A stretch of 64,000 bases of DNA, from assembly GCF_036321535.1 (NCBI RefSeq), contig NC_087436.1:22012001-22076000 (forward strand). The letters are read 5' to 3'. Positions 62,681-64,000 of the stretch are shown in pieces. The position numbers and the translations under genes were made by a program. This DNA is from Camelus dromedarius (taxonomy: Eukaryota). Within the stretch, counting starts at the first letter, position 1, and every line of letters begins with the position of its first letter. The notes below the pieces were generated by a model, which saw only the letters and a list, made by a program, of their open reading frames with translations, was not told the DNA's origin and searched no databases.

Positions 62681-64000
62681 AGAGGACATATTTGATATGA
62701 CATTCAGATAGAGTGATTACAATATTTCCTTTTTTTCCTTACAAAGTTTTCCACTTCAAAGGGTATTCTTTTGCTATATAATAAATCTTCAGAGAATATT
62801 TTATTTTCATAAAATTATTGATATTGAAAAAAAGCCTATAGTTTATAGGTTCAATGAAATACAATATTCATATGCCTTTGCAAGAAAATGGAAAAGTTGA
62901 TCCATGAGTTTCTCCTCGTGTCTAAATCTCTCTCTGGTTTTAATCTATTTGCTAAGAGAGCAGTTTGACTTTCATTCTCTTAGAGGACCATTTAGTCCTT
63001 AGTTACTATAAAAAAGTAGATCTTTCTTTCTAAGAACCTAACTTACTAAGAGAGTTCAACAGGCAGTCTGAAAAATAGCATCCCTTTTATGTCATTTTTT
63101 CTTTTTTCTCCTCATTTGGATAGTGATTCACAAATGTTTCTTTTCTCACTTAGCTATGAGTTGTCCTCATTCTCTGAGGGGAAATAAGAAGTATGTTGAG
63201 AATGGGCTATCTCCTGTGATGTCAAAGTTTTTATCTAAATTAAGACATATTGCTGATAATTGACCCAAGTTAGTTTATGTTAACTCAGATTATAAATAAA
63301 GGGTTGTCACCCTGACGACCTTGGCTACCAGACCATTAATGTAGCAATAGTTTAATAAAGGGCCAAATCTGGTGGAAATTTGGAAGAGGACCAAAACATT
63401 CTTTTTCCCAAAGGAGTGTGAAAACACGAGGAAAATAACATCTGCTCTGTGTTCCGCGCTGGTGCTGGCAAGGCTGAGCTATAAACACCGGCGTCCCAAG
63501 AGCAGAAGCCTGCGGCTCCTGGTGTTGAGCAGGCTGTGAAGTGCATGGAATCACTCCCCTGCAGCAGAAGAGCTCCTGGGAGCAGGCACTCACTGAAGCT
63601 GACTGGGGAATTCTTCAGACAGATGGGGCTTTGCTCTGCTAACCTTCTGTGGCTGTAGAAGGAAGGACTCTCACTTCTAACTGCTCACTAGGGCTATTTT
63701 AGACCATCAGTGCCTAGTTCTAGTTTGCCACCCTGGAGCTATGTTACTTGAGATTAGCGGGCCGCCAAACTCATATTGAGAATGAGATTCTTTTATTTCC
63801 TTATATCCCAGATTTGCACTTGTCAATTGTAAAGATGAAAAAGAAAGCAAATAGAGAAAAGGCTTCCCACTTGCAGATGATTTCCAGTGTCTCCTTAATC
63901 ATCTGTGTCGAAGTAGAATTGGAAGGCAGGGCAGGTGGCCGGTCCTGGGGGTCCAGAATTAAGCGGATTTGGGTCCTCAAATGACTGGTGAATGATTCTT

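Larger units (their letters stand above)
1..64000 (+). other. INPP4B: INPP4B gene body (internal portion; mostly intron)
   Basis: Two internal INPP4B coding exons on + strand. I did not find the upstream exons (MEIKEE..., ...EPQLEFIL) or the next downstream exon (VRTSVLPEHK...) in the window, so both flanks are inferred to be intronic. Confidence 0.85.

Noticed and set aside
1..64000. CRISPR array, operon or other prokaryote-type system
   Set aside because: The sequence is mammalian intron with spliced exons and mammalian TEs. I saw no regularly spaced repeat-spacer array and no gene-dense segment.

Overview
Mammalian nuclear DNA, most likely a camelid (camel/llama/alpaca). The host call rests on two short tRNA-derived SINEs of the camelid Vic-1 type, young laurasiatherian-type L1 3' ends, and no Alu, Bov-A/CHR, PRE-1 or Can-SINE that I could recognise. 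The window lies inside INPP4B (inositol polyphosphate 4-phosphatase type II) on the + strand. Only two coding exons are present: 19566-19684 (119 nt) and 21725-21841 (117 nt), encoding part of the N-terminal C2 domain. The rest is AT-rich intron filled with MIR, L2, L1, MER5, LTR33/MLT1/LTR78-like LTRs and microsatellites. Nearly all ORFs in the track are spurious or L1-derived. I found no convincing new biological system. The best leads are: (i) a ~155-bp local duplication whose second copy splits a MIR; (ii) three L1 insertions with inverted (twin-priming-type) architecture and readable TSDs, one lacking any tail; (iii) an unassigned coding-like minus-strand segment next to a tRNA-Asn-complementary PBS-like 20-mer and a 41-bp tandem duplication; (iv) an 888-nt stop-free intronic frame; (v) a strong CTCF motif and two motif clusters that may be enhancers. 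Repeat family names come from recalled consensus sequences, and repeat boundaries are approximate unless TSDs are given.
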